64,000 nt of DNA from Octopus vulgaris (lineage: Eukaryota): positions 46,314,001 to 46,378,000 of the forward strand of contig OX597822.1 in the NCBI GenBank assembly GCA_951406725.2, written 5' to 3'. Each line of letters opens with the position of its first letter. Position 1 is the first letter of the stretch. Shown here piece after piece: positions 13,968 to 25,779 of the stretch. Under the pieces are notes generated by a model. It did not search any database. It saw only the letters and a list, made by a program, of their open reading frames with translations, and was not told where the DNA came from. Both the position numbers and the translations under genes were made by a program.

Positions 13968-15764
13968 TACTCTGAGTGAAGCTCTTAGAGCACTGAATTT
14001 TTGTATGTCAGATGTAGAGGGAGATACCTAAAAGTATAGTTTAAATGAACTGTCTAGGTATTTCTGAAGGGTCGGCAATGAAGCACATACATTGCCAGAG
14101 AGAGTGAGCATAAAACTGACAGACCTTCAGACAGTTGAGTGACTTGAAGTGCCATAGGCTGTTCAGCGAAGGGGCGTTGTGTCGTGCATGTGTTGGGAAG
14201 TTGTCATGAGACAGTAGTTGGACAACCTAAGTGCAGAGACAGTTACAGTTTGGTAGAGTTTATAGGTTTGGAGAAAAGAAAAAAAGGACAAAAGAGGTTT
14301 CAGATGTCTGTGTGTCAATGTGGGATGCGTATAAGGAATGAGACAAGATGAAGTAGAAAACTGAGGGTGGCAAAAGATCCCGTTCCTACACTGGTAACAT
14401 CAGTGAGTGATTAGTGAGAGAGTTACAAGAAGTTGTGAGAACTGAAGTCACTGAGGATAATGACTTCAGAGATGAATAAAATGAGATATATGTCCTCAAT
14501 GCAGAAAAGGTGCTGAAGAAGTGGGAGGAGGAAAGTACGATGAGGGAGGAGGACATCAAGCAAGAGCAACTATTGCTGATTGTTATCTTACAATAATTCT
14601 GCTTGTTCCTCCATTACTTAGCCCATCCGTAACGCTTCCATGTGATTAATTGAAAGGGGGAGGAAGAGGGACAAGTGGGAGGAAAGGGGAGAGGTGGTGG
14701 TGAGTGAAGTGTGTACTTTTTTTAATTACGTTTTTTTCCTCCGTTACTTAGCCCATCTGTAACGCTTTCATGTGATTAGTTGAAGGTAAAGGTGAAGAGT
14801 GAAAGAAAAAGGAGAGAGAAAGAGGGACAGTGCTGTGTATTATTAAGTCTATAAAATTGTGCATAAAGTATATAAGTGCATTAAGTAATCATTGTATTCC
14901 AATTTCCATGACTTTTTAATGATTAGCAGGTGAGCAACTATCTTTATCTTTTGTGTTTGTATCTTTTGACACAGACACAACACAGGCTGCCATTTCAGGT
15001 TTTTTAGATAAAGTTTTCAGAAACAACCCATTAAGTTTACCATTAATTCCATGAAATATGTATGGGTCCTGCTAGTCATTATTATTGCTCTTATCCAGGT
15101 ATGAACAGTGACAGGGAGACAGGAATCGGGGTCAAATGAAGTCCATAGTTACTATATATTGAAGAAAGAAAATTCTTCTTGTAATGTAGCAGCTCAACAA
15201 ACAGGGAATGATACAATAGGTACTGGTGTCAATGTGCTTAACTTCAAAGAAGTCATCCAGAATGGTTACAGTCAAACAAACAAATGCTTACACACACCCA
15301 CACTTACATACATACATATCAAACACACACAATTATACAAATGAACGAAAACTATGTTCAAGGCAAAGCCTTGTGGTTAAGAAACTTGCTTTCAAACCTC
15401 ATGGCTTTAGGTTCAGTCCCGGTGCATGGTACCTTGGGCAACTGTTTTCTAAAATAGCCACAGACCAATCAATACCTTGCATTTGAATTTGGTAGACAAA
15501 AACTGTATGGAAGCCCATCATCATCATCATCATTTAACATCCGTTTTCCATGCTGGCATGAGTTGGACAGTTTGACAGGAACTAGACAAGATAGAGAGCA
15601 ACACCTGGCTCCAAGTGTCTGTTTTAGCATGGTTTCTCTAGTTGGATGTCCTTTCCTAATGCCAAACACTCTACAGAGTGTACTGGGTGCTTTTTCATGG
15701 CACCAACACAGGTGCTTTATAAAGGTACCATTACAGGTGCTCTTTACATGGTATGTCTACTCTT

Positions 15765-16138
15765 TTACTCTTTTATTTGTTTCAGTCAGTTGACTGCGGC
15801 ATTGCTGGAGCACCGCCTTTAGTCAAACAAATCGACTCCAGAACTTATTCTTTGTAAGCATAGTACTTATTCTATTGGCCTCTTTTGCCGAACTGCTAAG
15901 TTACAGGGACATAAACACACCAACACCAGTTGTCAAGCGATAGTGAGTGGGGGACAAACACAGACACACAAACATATACATATATACATATGATGGGCTT
16001 CTTTCAGTTTCCGTCTACCAAATCTACCCACAAGGCTTTGGTCAGCCCAAGGCTATAGTAGAAGACACTTGCCCAACGTGCCATGCAGTGGGACTGAACC
16101 CAGAACCATGTGGTTGGCAAGCAAGCTAATTACCACAC
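15765..16138 (-). mobile_element. tRNA-derived SINE family A
   Basis: Same blocks as 8845-9182, with many CpG changed to TpG/CpA. Confidence 0.9.
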
Positions 16139-16552
16139 AAACATTTTACAACTAGTGTTGGTTTGTTTACATCCCTGTAACCTAGCAGTTCAACAAGAGT
16201 AACCAACAGAATAAGTACCAGACTTTAAGAAATATCTACTGGAGTCAATTTGTCAGACAAAAAACAAGAACTTTCAAGGTGGTGCTCAAGCATGGCCACA
16301 GTCCAGTGATAGAAACGAGTATAAAAGATAGACGTAGAGTTTATATTTAATTTATGTACCGTCAATGACTCACTCGCATTGGTTACTCAGAATTCCACGC
16401 CTCTGATACATGACATTCTTACAATTTGTATTGTACGAGTCAGGAGGAAATGTACAAATACACGATATTAGGTTTATGGGGACGTAGACAAACCAGCACC
16501 GGTTGTTAAGCAGTAACCAGAACAAAGATACAAAGACATACACATAGATATA

Positions 16553-16754
16553 CAGTAACCCCTCGGCATATCGCGGTTTATTGTTTAAGCTTACGCCGAT
16601 TCCTTTGTGGCATTTATGATAAAATAAATATATACAAATTATTAAGATAAAAAAATATACATATATAGTTATAGTACTGTTTCTACTTCGCAGATTTTCA
16701 CCTATCGCAGGAGGGTTTTGGAACGTAACAACCACGATAGTCGAGGGATTACTG
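16553..16754. mobile_element. pogo/Tigger-like MITE
   Basis: TA|cagtaacccctcggcatatcgcgg ... ccacgatagtcgagggattactg|TG; second copy at 53936-54140. Confidence 0.8.
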
Positions 16755-16779
16755 TGTATATATATATATATTCTCTTTT

Positions 16780-17105
16780 ACTCCTTTATGTGTTTCAGTC
16801 ATTTGACTGCGGCCATGCTGGAGCACCGCCTTTAGTCGAGCAAATCGACCCCAGGACTTATTCTTTGTAAGCCTAGTACTTATTCTATCGGCCTCTTTCG
16901 CCGAACCGCTAAGTTACAGAGACGTAAACACACCAGCATCGGTTGTCAAGCGATGTTGGGGGGACATCGCTTGACAGTTTCCATCTACCAAATCCACTCA
17001 CAAGGCTTTGGTCGGCCCGATGCTATAGAGTGCCACGCACTAGGAATGAACCCAGAACCATGTGGTTGGTAAGCAAGCTTCTTACCACACAGCCACTCCT
17101 GCGCC
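16780..17105 (-). mobile_element. tRNA-derived SINE family A, internally deleted
   Basis: Head ggcgcaggagtggctgtgtggtaag on the minus strand; CpGs largely retained. Confidence 0.9.
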
Positions 17106-17123
17106 TATATATATAATGTCAGG

Positions 17124-17127
<4 letters not shown>

Positions 17128-17204
<77 letters not shown>
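17128..17204. repeat. Long (TA)n microsatellite, one of dozens of (TA)n, (CA)n, (GA)n and (TACA)n tracts
   Basis: About 38 uninterrupted TA units. Confidence 0.95.
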
Positions 17205-17212
<8 letters not shown>

Positions 17213-17989
17213 TACATACATACCACGGGCTTCCATACAGTTTTCGCCTACCAAATGCACTCACAAAGCTTTGGTTGACCCGGGGCTTATAGTAAGACTA
17301 CTTGCCCAAGCTGTCGCAATAATAATAGATCAGAATATTAAATCAATTAAATACTTCGTTGACAATAAAATGAAATATAAAAACAATTTAAATGAAGCTT
17401 TTGCTTGAGAAATCATGGTAGTAGTGGTAGTGGTGGCGGCGGTGGTGGTGGCGATGGTACCTTTTTAGCAGTAGAGAATATGGTTTTTAAATTAAACGAA
17501 GCCTCTAAAAGGTCGTTCGTGCTGTTAAAAATAACAGCAGAATTTTCCTCAGATCTCTTTCTTTCTTTTTTTATTTATTTATTTAAAAACAAGAATAAAA
17601 GGAGTCACGTTGGATAATATAGTCCCAAGATATACTATCTGAAAAATAGAAGTGATGGTTACTACTGGAGCGTCGTTAACCATGTCTGCTCAACCAGTGC
17701 TGACCTGGGGTTAAACAACAAAGAAACGAAATGTAGCCATACACCATTATCTAAAAAGAAAAAAAGTGTGTGTGTGTGTGTTTGTATATGTGTGTGTGTG
17801 CGAGCATATAAAGGTGAACAGCAGAAGAAAGTGAGAAAGTATGCAATAAGGACAGCAAATTGAATATCTGTACAGATATGTGCCGGGTGAACAGATATAC
17901 ACACACACACACACTTGTATATATATATATTATATTTATGCGGTGTGTGTATGTATGCAGTCGCAAACATATACACAGAGAAACACAAA

Positions 17990-18310
17990 AGAATCCAGCA
18001 AGCCGCGCGAACGTCATCTATGTCACCGCCGATGTCTAAATTGAAGCAGATTGTAAAGAAAGACGTAAGAGATACTACATATGTGTGACGGTGTTGGCGG
18101 GGAAGGGAAGATGGCAAAGAAAAGAAAGAGAAAAAGCAGAGGAGGGGAAGCACTGCACCGCCCCGCCAGCCACTCGCTAATCGCCCGGTTGCCTATCGTT
18201 ATCGTGGCGGTCAAGGTAGCAGCTGCGGGAGGCGGTTCAGTGAGCGGTCACGAGTGGCGGGCCCCGTGGTGGGCGGTAGAGGGCTCGTGCTGGCTGGTTT
18301 TTATAAAAGA
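17990..18310. promoter_or_regulatory. GC/CpG-rich island with GC boxes and TATA-like motif
   Basis: High CpG density, CCGCCC and GGGCGG boxes at 18158 and 18271, and TTTTATAAAA near 18300 in otherwise AT-rich DNA. Confidence 0.5.
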
Positions 18311-18799
18311 CCAAAGAGTTTTTAAAAGAGAGCAAAAGCTGCTATGATGATACAAGGGAGATAACCCAATGTTACTCTAGACGCATGCCTGACTGAAGGT
18401 GTTTATTGCACTTTCTGCTTTAATTAAGTGACGATGGTGGAGGAGCATGTTTATGTTTCCTCCTCCTCTATTCCGCTAGTTTTCGGTTATTGTTGTCGGT
18501 GATGTCGCTGTTGTATTATTAAACAGCTTTCTCCAATTGACTCTCACATCACTTACTGCAATCATCTCAACAACTAAGCAGGAGTGCCTTTACTAGAAAT
18601 AGCAACCGAATCACCACATAATGAAATACTACCGGTAATGTTTATCACGACCGGAACACCTTAGATCATAGGTCTTATTCAATCCAAAGCTCACCTGGTG
18701 CTTGGAACACCTGTAACCTTAAGTCTACTCAATCAGACCTGACATAGTGCTTAAAGCAATCGTCACAAATCATTTAAAATATTGTTCGCCATTCACTCT

Positions 18800-19500
18800 C
18801 TTTTTCACTACACCTCTAACTGTTCGCTTATTTTTACTTCCTTCTGTCGTTCCGTTTCACTTTAAGTTGTTTTCCTACCTTACCCCAACCTTTTTTCCTT
18901 TTCTTCTTAACTTTATTTTTCTCTCATTCCTTTCTCTTCTATTCTGATTTTCATTCCTTACTTGGTACCAATTTTTCTTCTTTTTTTTTCTTCAAACATT
19001 TTCTCTCTTCTCAAACCTTGCTTTTCATTCTTTCTTATTCTAATTCTTTCCTCTCTTTATCATCTTCGTTCCGTCTGTTCTTCATTTTGCACCAACAATC
19101 CTTTCAGTTTATTTTTATTTTTCTCACTCCTTCTCTCAATTTTCCTTTTCTTCACTCATTCCATTTCCCCCCCTCCTACTCTACACCAAACACTCGTAGC
19201 TTTCTCCTTTACACACTAATTTGCTCTCTCATTCCTTCTCTTTACCGTATTTTTGTCATCTTCATTCCTATTGTTACATTCCTCCTTTTTCCTCTTCATT
19301 CTTTCACATCTTCTTTCCTTTCGTTCCGTTTCTTTTTCACTTCACAATCAAAAGGCCTCCCCAATTCTCCTTTCTTTCTCTCTAAAGCTTTCTTTTTATC
19401 TATTTTTATTTATCTTTTTTTACTTCATGCAAAACTTCTTTTTCTATTTTCTTCCATCTCATTTTCTTTTTTTATTTATTATTCGCCATATTTTTCTTCT
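18800..19500 (+). repeat. Long pyrimidine-rich low-complexity tract
   Basis: About 700 bp strongly T/C-biased and G-poor on the plus strand. Confidence 0.8.
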
Positions 19501-19504
19501 GTCT

Positions 19505-19720
19505 GAAGCAGCGAGCTGGCAGAATCGTTAGCGCATCGGACAAAATGCTTAGCGGCATTTCTTCCAGCTCTTTACGTTCCAAGTTCAAATCCTGCCGAGG
19601 TCGACTTAGCCTTTCATCCTTTCAGGGTCAACAAAATATATACCAGTTGATCACTGAGAGTCGAAATAATCAACTAACATTCTCCCCTTTAAATTGCTGG
19701 CCTTGTGTCAAAATTTTAAA
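19505..19720 (+). mobile_element. SINE family C (related copies near 21040-21230, 22570-22760, 40320-40535 and 57950-58150, all minus strand)
   Basis: gcgagctggcagaatcgttagc (A box-like), gttcaaatcc (B box) and gccgaggtcgacttagcctttcatccttt blocks recur in the window. Confidence 0.8.
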
Positions 19721-21757
19721 CCACTTTTCTTCTGTTTCGCTTCCTATCGCCATATCATTCTCTCGTTCTTTCACTTTCTTCTTACTTTCGTCATATCTTG
19801 TCTTACTTTCACTCAATTCCCTTTTCATTTCAATAATTTCGCTTATCTCTCATCCATTCCTGCCTCTTATGAATCTTTATGACTTCTGGCGGCGGCGGTG
19901 GTGCTTGAGTGAGCGCGCGCGCGCTCGCACATTTGATCCAAATATTAAAGTAGCTTAACGAGTTTAAAATGAATTCTTTCTTGCAAGTGATGATAATGAG
20001 GAAGACAACTGTAAAAATGTTTTTTAACCCTAAGTCGGCGAAGCATCGAGTAGAGACCCATGATGAAAAGACAATCAAGTCATCGACTTCTGGGGGGTTT
20101 TTTTTATATATATATATTTATTCATTCAGGAATGTACAGTATCCAATGTGTCCCTTTATATTTATATATTTTATTTTTGTTTTAAGACTGCAGGGTTATG
20201 GTTAGAGGAGAAATTTGGTAGAGGCAACATTGCTGACTGATGACGATAATGATGATGGTTGGTGGTGGTGGAGACAACGGTGATGGTGGTCATAGCGACG
20301 GTGGAGGTAGCGATGGCGATTGCGACGACGGCGGCGGCGGTGGTGGTGGTGATAACGACGGTGATGGATGATGGTGGTAGTGGCGGTGGTGCGCATCACA
20401 GAGGAATGACGCTTGAAATATGTACAAACTGTGAATGAGCAGCAGCTGAGTGAGAAAGGACCATGTACTTCTCTCAACGTAACTGATAATATAAACAACC
20501 GTGTGTTTCGATACATAAGCAGAGGAGAAGATTGGCAGCTATGTGGCATTGATAGCTGTCTCGGGGTATTACAGGATTGGTGAGCGGAATTGGTGACAAA
20601 AGACAAGTTTCCTTCAGCGAAAAACTGAAGCCAATTTAATTACTTTCTTTAGACGAGGAAAGTGTCATAATAAATATAACTGTCACCTAAGAATATCACT
20701 GGTACATAACATGTTGGCTCCCATAAGCTAGCAAAGGTGCTCCTACGAGATCGCTTGACTTGCTAGAAATAGCAGTGAAATCACTCTCAGATTACAGTCG
20801 ACCGTTTTCTAAGCTAAAAAAAAAAGGAAAAAAGACAACTTTGATAATATATTGTATGCATGAAAATAAACTGGAATGATCACATCTAGAATACACTATT
20901 TTAGAATAAATGAGACGATGTGATCATGATGGCATACTCCTGATTTGTTCAGATGAGAGTGACCTGGGGTTAAACAACAACTCTGGGATAGAATATAAAT
21001 GAACGATAGTAAATACTCTTGTAAAAGTTGCTAGACCGACTCGCTACTGTTCCTGCACCTCACAAACTTTGGGAGGTAACATCGATTCAGCATTTGACAG
21101 GGTACTTCATTTTATCGAACTCCTACCCAAGAAGGATCAAAAGCAAAGTGGACAGGAATTTAAATTTGAACGCAGACGAGTTGATAATTAAATACCGCAA
21201 GGCATCTCATCAGATGTTCTGCCAATTCTGTAATACACCTTTTAATAAGACCGGATATTTTGATGGTACCTGCTATTAATAATTCATCGACCTCGGCCGG
21301 ATTCGAACTAAGAATATAGAGGCACGTAACAAAATGCCGCAAGGACATGTAGACTGTCACCCTTCTGTATGGTGTCGTTAATAACAACAGAAATGAGAAA
21401 TTAGAATGAGCAATAAATATGGTGGCGGTGGTAGTGGAGATACACACATAAACATACGCACGCACGCACACACACAAAATAGTGATCGAACTGACGAGGA
21501 TATCACACAACGAGACAGTCTCTGTCTGTCTGTGTGCTTGTCTCTTTCTCTCTCTCTCTCACACACACACACACTGCCAAACACGTACACAGCTCCTCTC
21601 GTTCTCTCTTTCTCTCTCTCCGCACACACATACACACACACACGGACTCTATCCTCTTTGCTCATTCCCTTTTATCGACCACACCACCTATCTAGCTCCT
21701 TCCTGTGAGAGCACTCGACATAAAACTGACACTGTGATTACTTATTCATCCACTTAC

Positions 21758-21875
21758 GACATTACGAGAAGAGAAACAGGACAAGAATGTAGGAAGTTTA
21801 TTTACTGTGGTGGAAATACGAGCTGCCGCCCTTTCAAATCTCTGGCTTGACTGAATCGAAACCACACACTTGACT
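21758..21875 (-). other. Candidate first exon ending ATG TC|GTAAGT
   Basis: Two minus-strand TCAGT initiator motifs (A at 21875 and 21852), upstream (CG)n run, donor GTAAGT at 21757-21752, ATG at 21762-21760. Confidence 0.45.
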
Positions 21876-22811
21876 GACACACAAACACAAAAGCTCGCGC
21901 GCGCGCCGATGTTCATCAGATGATGGAAATTGTTTATGAATTGAGCAGAAAATCAGTTAATTCCAAAGACGGAAATTAGCTTAACTCATAAGATTAACGA
22001 ACTACAGGAAGTAAAATTTTTCTCTATCATCTACAATACTTTATGCTCTTCTCTCTCTCTCTTTCTCCCAGCCTGTCTATCGTTTCCTCATCGCCAATCT
22101 CGAAATGTCCTCTCCCTTGCACTAAATATTTTTCTTCATCCTTCTTTTTCAGCACCCTGACCCCCTGGAAATCTCTTCTATGTGAACTCAGACAGGCGTC
22201 AAGTCAAACTACATCTCACTGATCTGGAAGAACCTGCAAGTTCTAAGGTTAATAAATAAATAAATAAATACATAAATAAAAAGCCCCTTCGTGGTCGTCC
22301 GATCTACTAACAAAACCAACGAAATCTCCCTATCTTCTTCAAATCATAATCTACCGTTTTTAAAGGACAAGTTGTTTGTTAATGTAGTCCTCCACACACG
22401 TTTGAAAGGACCGGGTGGTAACACTTAAAAATACAATGAGGGCTAACTTCGGCCTAAACACTAAAATACACAGACAAAAGATAGAAAAACGCAAGCAATG
22501 TAGACCAGCTGACTTAGCTCTTCATGCCACAAGGGTCAATAGTAATAATTTCACAGTCACAAGGCCTCGAATTTGACGGAGAGTTACGTATAATCGATTA
22601 TATTGGCCCCCAGTACTTGACTGATATGCTTTTCCTAGAGCCCCAGAAGGATGACTCACAAAGTCGACTTCAGTGTGTTTTGAACTCAGAATGTAAAGAC
22701 AGCCAGCTGAATGCCATAAGGCCTTTTGTCCAACGCTGCTACGATTCGGTGAATCCAACCCCACCCTCACACGAGTGCCTCAAAGTGGTCGTCCGACCTG
22801 CTACAAATAAC

Positions 22812-22973
22812 AGCCCTCAAATTACAGGCTTGTGTATTAAAAAAGGACACATTGGCAAATGTAGCCCTAAATACACAATGCCATAGAGAAAAAGCCCTCA
22901 AATTACAGGCTTGTGTATTAAAAAAGGACACATTGGCAAATGTAGCCCTAAATACACAATGCCATAGAGAAAA
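22812..22973. repeat. Perfect 81-bp tandem duplication
   Basis: agccctcaaattacaggc...gccatagagaaaa starts at 22812 and again at 22893. Confidence 0.95.
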
Positions 22974-23142
22974 AGGACCGCCGTGACCCAAACACCTTTG
23001 ACCACAAGGACCCTCCCACTGATATTGTAATGGTCTCTGATCCTCAGATCTATCTAGTTATACAGAACCTATACATCCATCTTCACTTCTCTCGTCACAC
23101 ATACTGCCTCTTACCCCATCTACACCCCACAGTAACCAATGT

Positions 23143-23540
23143 AGGCACACGTATGGCTGTGTCATAAGAAGTTTGCTTCCCAACCACATGGCTCCAAGTT
23201 CAGTCCTGCACGTATCAATATGCGCAAAACTCTTCTACTCTAGTCCAGTGCAAACCAATGCCTTGTAAGTGAAGTTGGTAGAGAGAAACTGGAAGGAGCC
23301 CATCGTGTATATATATGTGTGTGTGTGTGTGTCATTGTGCTTGTGTTTCTCCCCCACCATCGCTTGACAACTGCTGTTGGTGTATTTACGTCCCCATAAG
23401 TTAGCAGTTCAGCAAGAGAGACTAACAGAATAAGTACGAAGCTTAGAAAATTAAGTCCTGAGATCAATTTGTTTGACTAAAATTCTTTAAGACAGTTCCT
23501 GAAGCATGACCACAGTCTAATGACTGAGACAAGTAAAAGA
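23143..23540 (+). mobile_element. tRNA-derived SINE family A, older diverged copy
   Basis: Head tggctgtgtcataagaagtttgcttcccaaccacatgg, (TG)n tract and taatgactgagacaagtaaaag tail. Confidence 0.8.
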
Positions 23541-23740
23541 CAGTAGGTATATCCAATCCTCCTGCACCAGAATGTTACTCCTTAGAATTTCCCTCTCACC
23601 CACTCTTACCATTATCTAATGGTCCGCAAGAGTTAAAGACACTGCCTCCATCCCACTTCCTCCTCACTAAATTTTTAAGAAAATTCAAAATAATATGAGT
23701 ATTGTCTATATGGTTAGTTTGGGCATTTGGATGTATTTCA

Positions 23741-23962
23741 CCTTTTCGATACTAACCCAGCTGAAACCACCTCTGGCTCTGTAGTACAAATGTCTTGTTT
23801 TCAAAGGTTCTGAATTAAAATCTTCCACCAAACCTTAGTCACAATTTATGTTCTTAACACTAGCTTAATGATAACTAAGTTATTTTACTAAATTCTTTGT
23901 TATATTTAAAACCAAGTGAAAGAAACACAGAACATCTCAACAGAAATATGGTAACAAAAGGG
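23741..23962. mobile_element. piggyBac-type MITE, copy 1
   Basis: ttca|ccttttcgatac ... gtaacaaaaggg|ttaa; 222 bp. Confidence 0.8.
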
Positions 23963-23982
23963 TTAACAAATTATTAATTTAA

Positions 23983-24202
23983 CCCTTTCGATACCAACCT
24001 GGCTGAAACCAGCTCTGGCTCTATAGTACAAATGTCTTGTTTTCATAAGTTTTGAATTAAAATTTTCCACCAAACCTTAGTCACAATTTATGTTCCTAAT
24101 ACTAGCTGAATGGTAACTAAGTTATTTTACTAAGTTCTTTGTTATATTTAAGATTAAGTGAAAGAAACACAATATCTCAACAGAAATACAGTCACGAAAA
24201 GG
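23983..24202. mobile_element. piggyBac-type MITE, copy 2
   Basis: ttaa|ccctttcgatac ... gtcacgaaaagg|ttag; 220 bp; same orientation as copy 1 and 20 bp downstream. Confidence 0.8.
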
Positions 24203-24414
24203 TTAGAGTCACCTCTGTGGCAAACATTCATATCAGTTCTCTTCCCTTTGCTTCTCTCACCAGTGTCAGAGGTCAAGCTCAAAGGTCACAGGAATGACCT
24301 CCTCCTCCTCTTTTGACTAAGCCATAAAAAGAGGAAATAAAAGATAAAATTTTATCCAAGAGGATCAGCAATGTTAACATTTAACAAAATAACCAAGTAC
24401 TGAAGATACTTGGT

Positions 24415-24740
24415 GAAGGTGCATAGCTTAGTGGTTACTGCATTTGGCTCATGATCATGACATCATGAGTTCAATTTCCTGGCAGGACATTGTGTCCACA
24501 AGCAAGATCCTTTCATGATGCTCCAGTCCACTCAACCAGCAAAAACAAGTTGCTCCTGTAATTCAGAAAGGATCAGCCTTGTCACATTTGGTGTGTCACA
24601 CTAAATCTCCTTGAGAACTACATTAACGGTACACATGTCTGTGGAATGCTCAGCCACTTGCATGTTAATTTCAGGAGCCAGGCTGTTCCATTAATCAAAT
24701 CAACTGAAACACTCGCCACTGGAACCAACAGAGTGCCCAG
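24415..24740 (+). mobile_element. tRNA-derived SINE family B, diverged
   Basis: gaaggtgcatagcttagtggtta head; body matches the copy at 42100-42377. Confidence 0.75.
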
Positions 24741-25279
24741 CCAAGTACTGAAGGTGATACAGCATGATTAAGAAGTTCAATTTCCAATCATCACATCTAA
24801 TTTCACTGCAGGTCTCCTTGGATGTCTTTCACATCAGCCTCCAGCCAACTCAAATCTTGAGGGTGAAGTTGGATCAGCACAAACTGGGAAAACTTGGCCG
24901 GTGATTCAATGGTTAGGTTTCGTCACACTGTTTTATGCTAATTCTGCCAGAAGAATACATTAATTGTACATGTGCTTGTGGAATACTCAGCCACTTGCAT
25001 GATAATACAGTGAACCTGGTTGTTCAGTTGATTGATTAATCATTGTTGAAACTAATAGAAGTGCATCTACTCCATCCATCCAACTTCTCTGCCGACAACT
25101 CCTGGGAGGTCCTCAGGCACCTCCTCCATAGCAACCATCATTAAACCTTTTGGCTAGATTCCCAACTGCGACTATGAATATTATCCGACCACCTTTTGAG
25201 CATTGGGCTGAACTCCTTTCAAGCACTGGGCCTCATAGAGACAATGACCGAGACCTTTGAAGCACCTTTTGAGTACTTT

Positions 25280-25542
25280 CTATATTTAAGAGATGAGGAA
25301 TTATGTACATTATTTACATTCGATGGATATTTGTCCTCATCTTGTTTGTTGTTAACACAATATTTCGGCTGATACACCCCCCCAGTCTTCATAAGGTGTC
25401 TTGGGGAAATTTCGAACCTGGGTTCTCATTCCTAAGGTATTTTTCAATGTTATTATTATTATCATGGTTATTGTTCAGGTCATTGCTTGGAATCGAACTC
25501 AGAATCTTGGGGTTAGTAGCCCACGCTCTTAAATACTATGCC
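25280..25542 (-). mobile_element. tRNA-headed SINE with hammerhead motif, left copy of an inverted pair
   Basis: Reverse complement of 25554-25778 plus about 25 extra 3' bases; motif GACAC-CTTATGA-AGACTG..CAGCC-GAAA-TATT-GTGTT at 25400-25354. Confidence 0.85.
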
Positions 25543-25552
25543 CACGAACATA

Positions 25553-25778
25553 TGGCGTAGTGGTTAAGAGCACAGGCTACTAACCCCAAGATTCTGAGTT
25601 CGATTCCAAGCAGTGACCTGAACAATAACAATAATAACATCGAAAAATACCTTAGGAATGAGAACCCAGGTTCGAAATTTCCCCAAGACACCTGAAGAAG
25701 GCTGGAGGGTGTATCAGCCGAAACATGTTAGCAACAAACAAGATGTGGACAAATATCCATCGAATGTAAATAATGTAC
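25553..25778 (+). mobile_element. tRNA-headed SINE with hammerhead motif, right copy of an inverted pair
   Basis: A box TGGCGTAGTGG 25553-25563, anticodon-like loop CTACTAA, B box GTTCGATTCC 25598-25607, hammerhead core at 25687-25729. Confidence 0.85.
25687..25729 (+). ncRNA. Type I hammerhead ribozyme motif (helix III/I junction damaged)
   Basis: GACAC, CTGAAGA (25692-25698), GGCTG/CAGCC helix II, GAAA (25720-25723), then CATGTT. Confidence 0.65.
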
Positions 25779-25779
25779 C

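Noticed and set aside
18747-19531. Hydrophobic F/L/S-rich ORFs resembling membrane proteins
   Set aside because: Artefact of the pyrimidine-rich tract, which is stop-poor in all frames.
20202-20606. Poly-His/Arg ORF
   Set aside because: Translation of a degenerate GGT/GAT/GGC trinucleotide tract; no domain or splice support.
25553-25625. tRNA-Ser(ACT) gene
   Set aside because: No convincing acceptor stem, an anticodon not normally used in eukaryotes, and it continues into a repeat body present twice; it is a SINE head.
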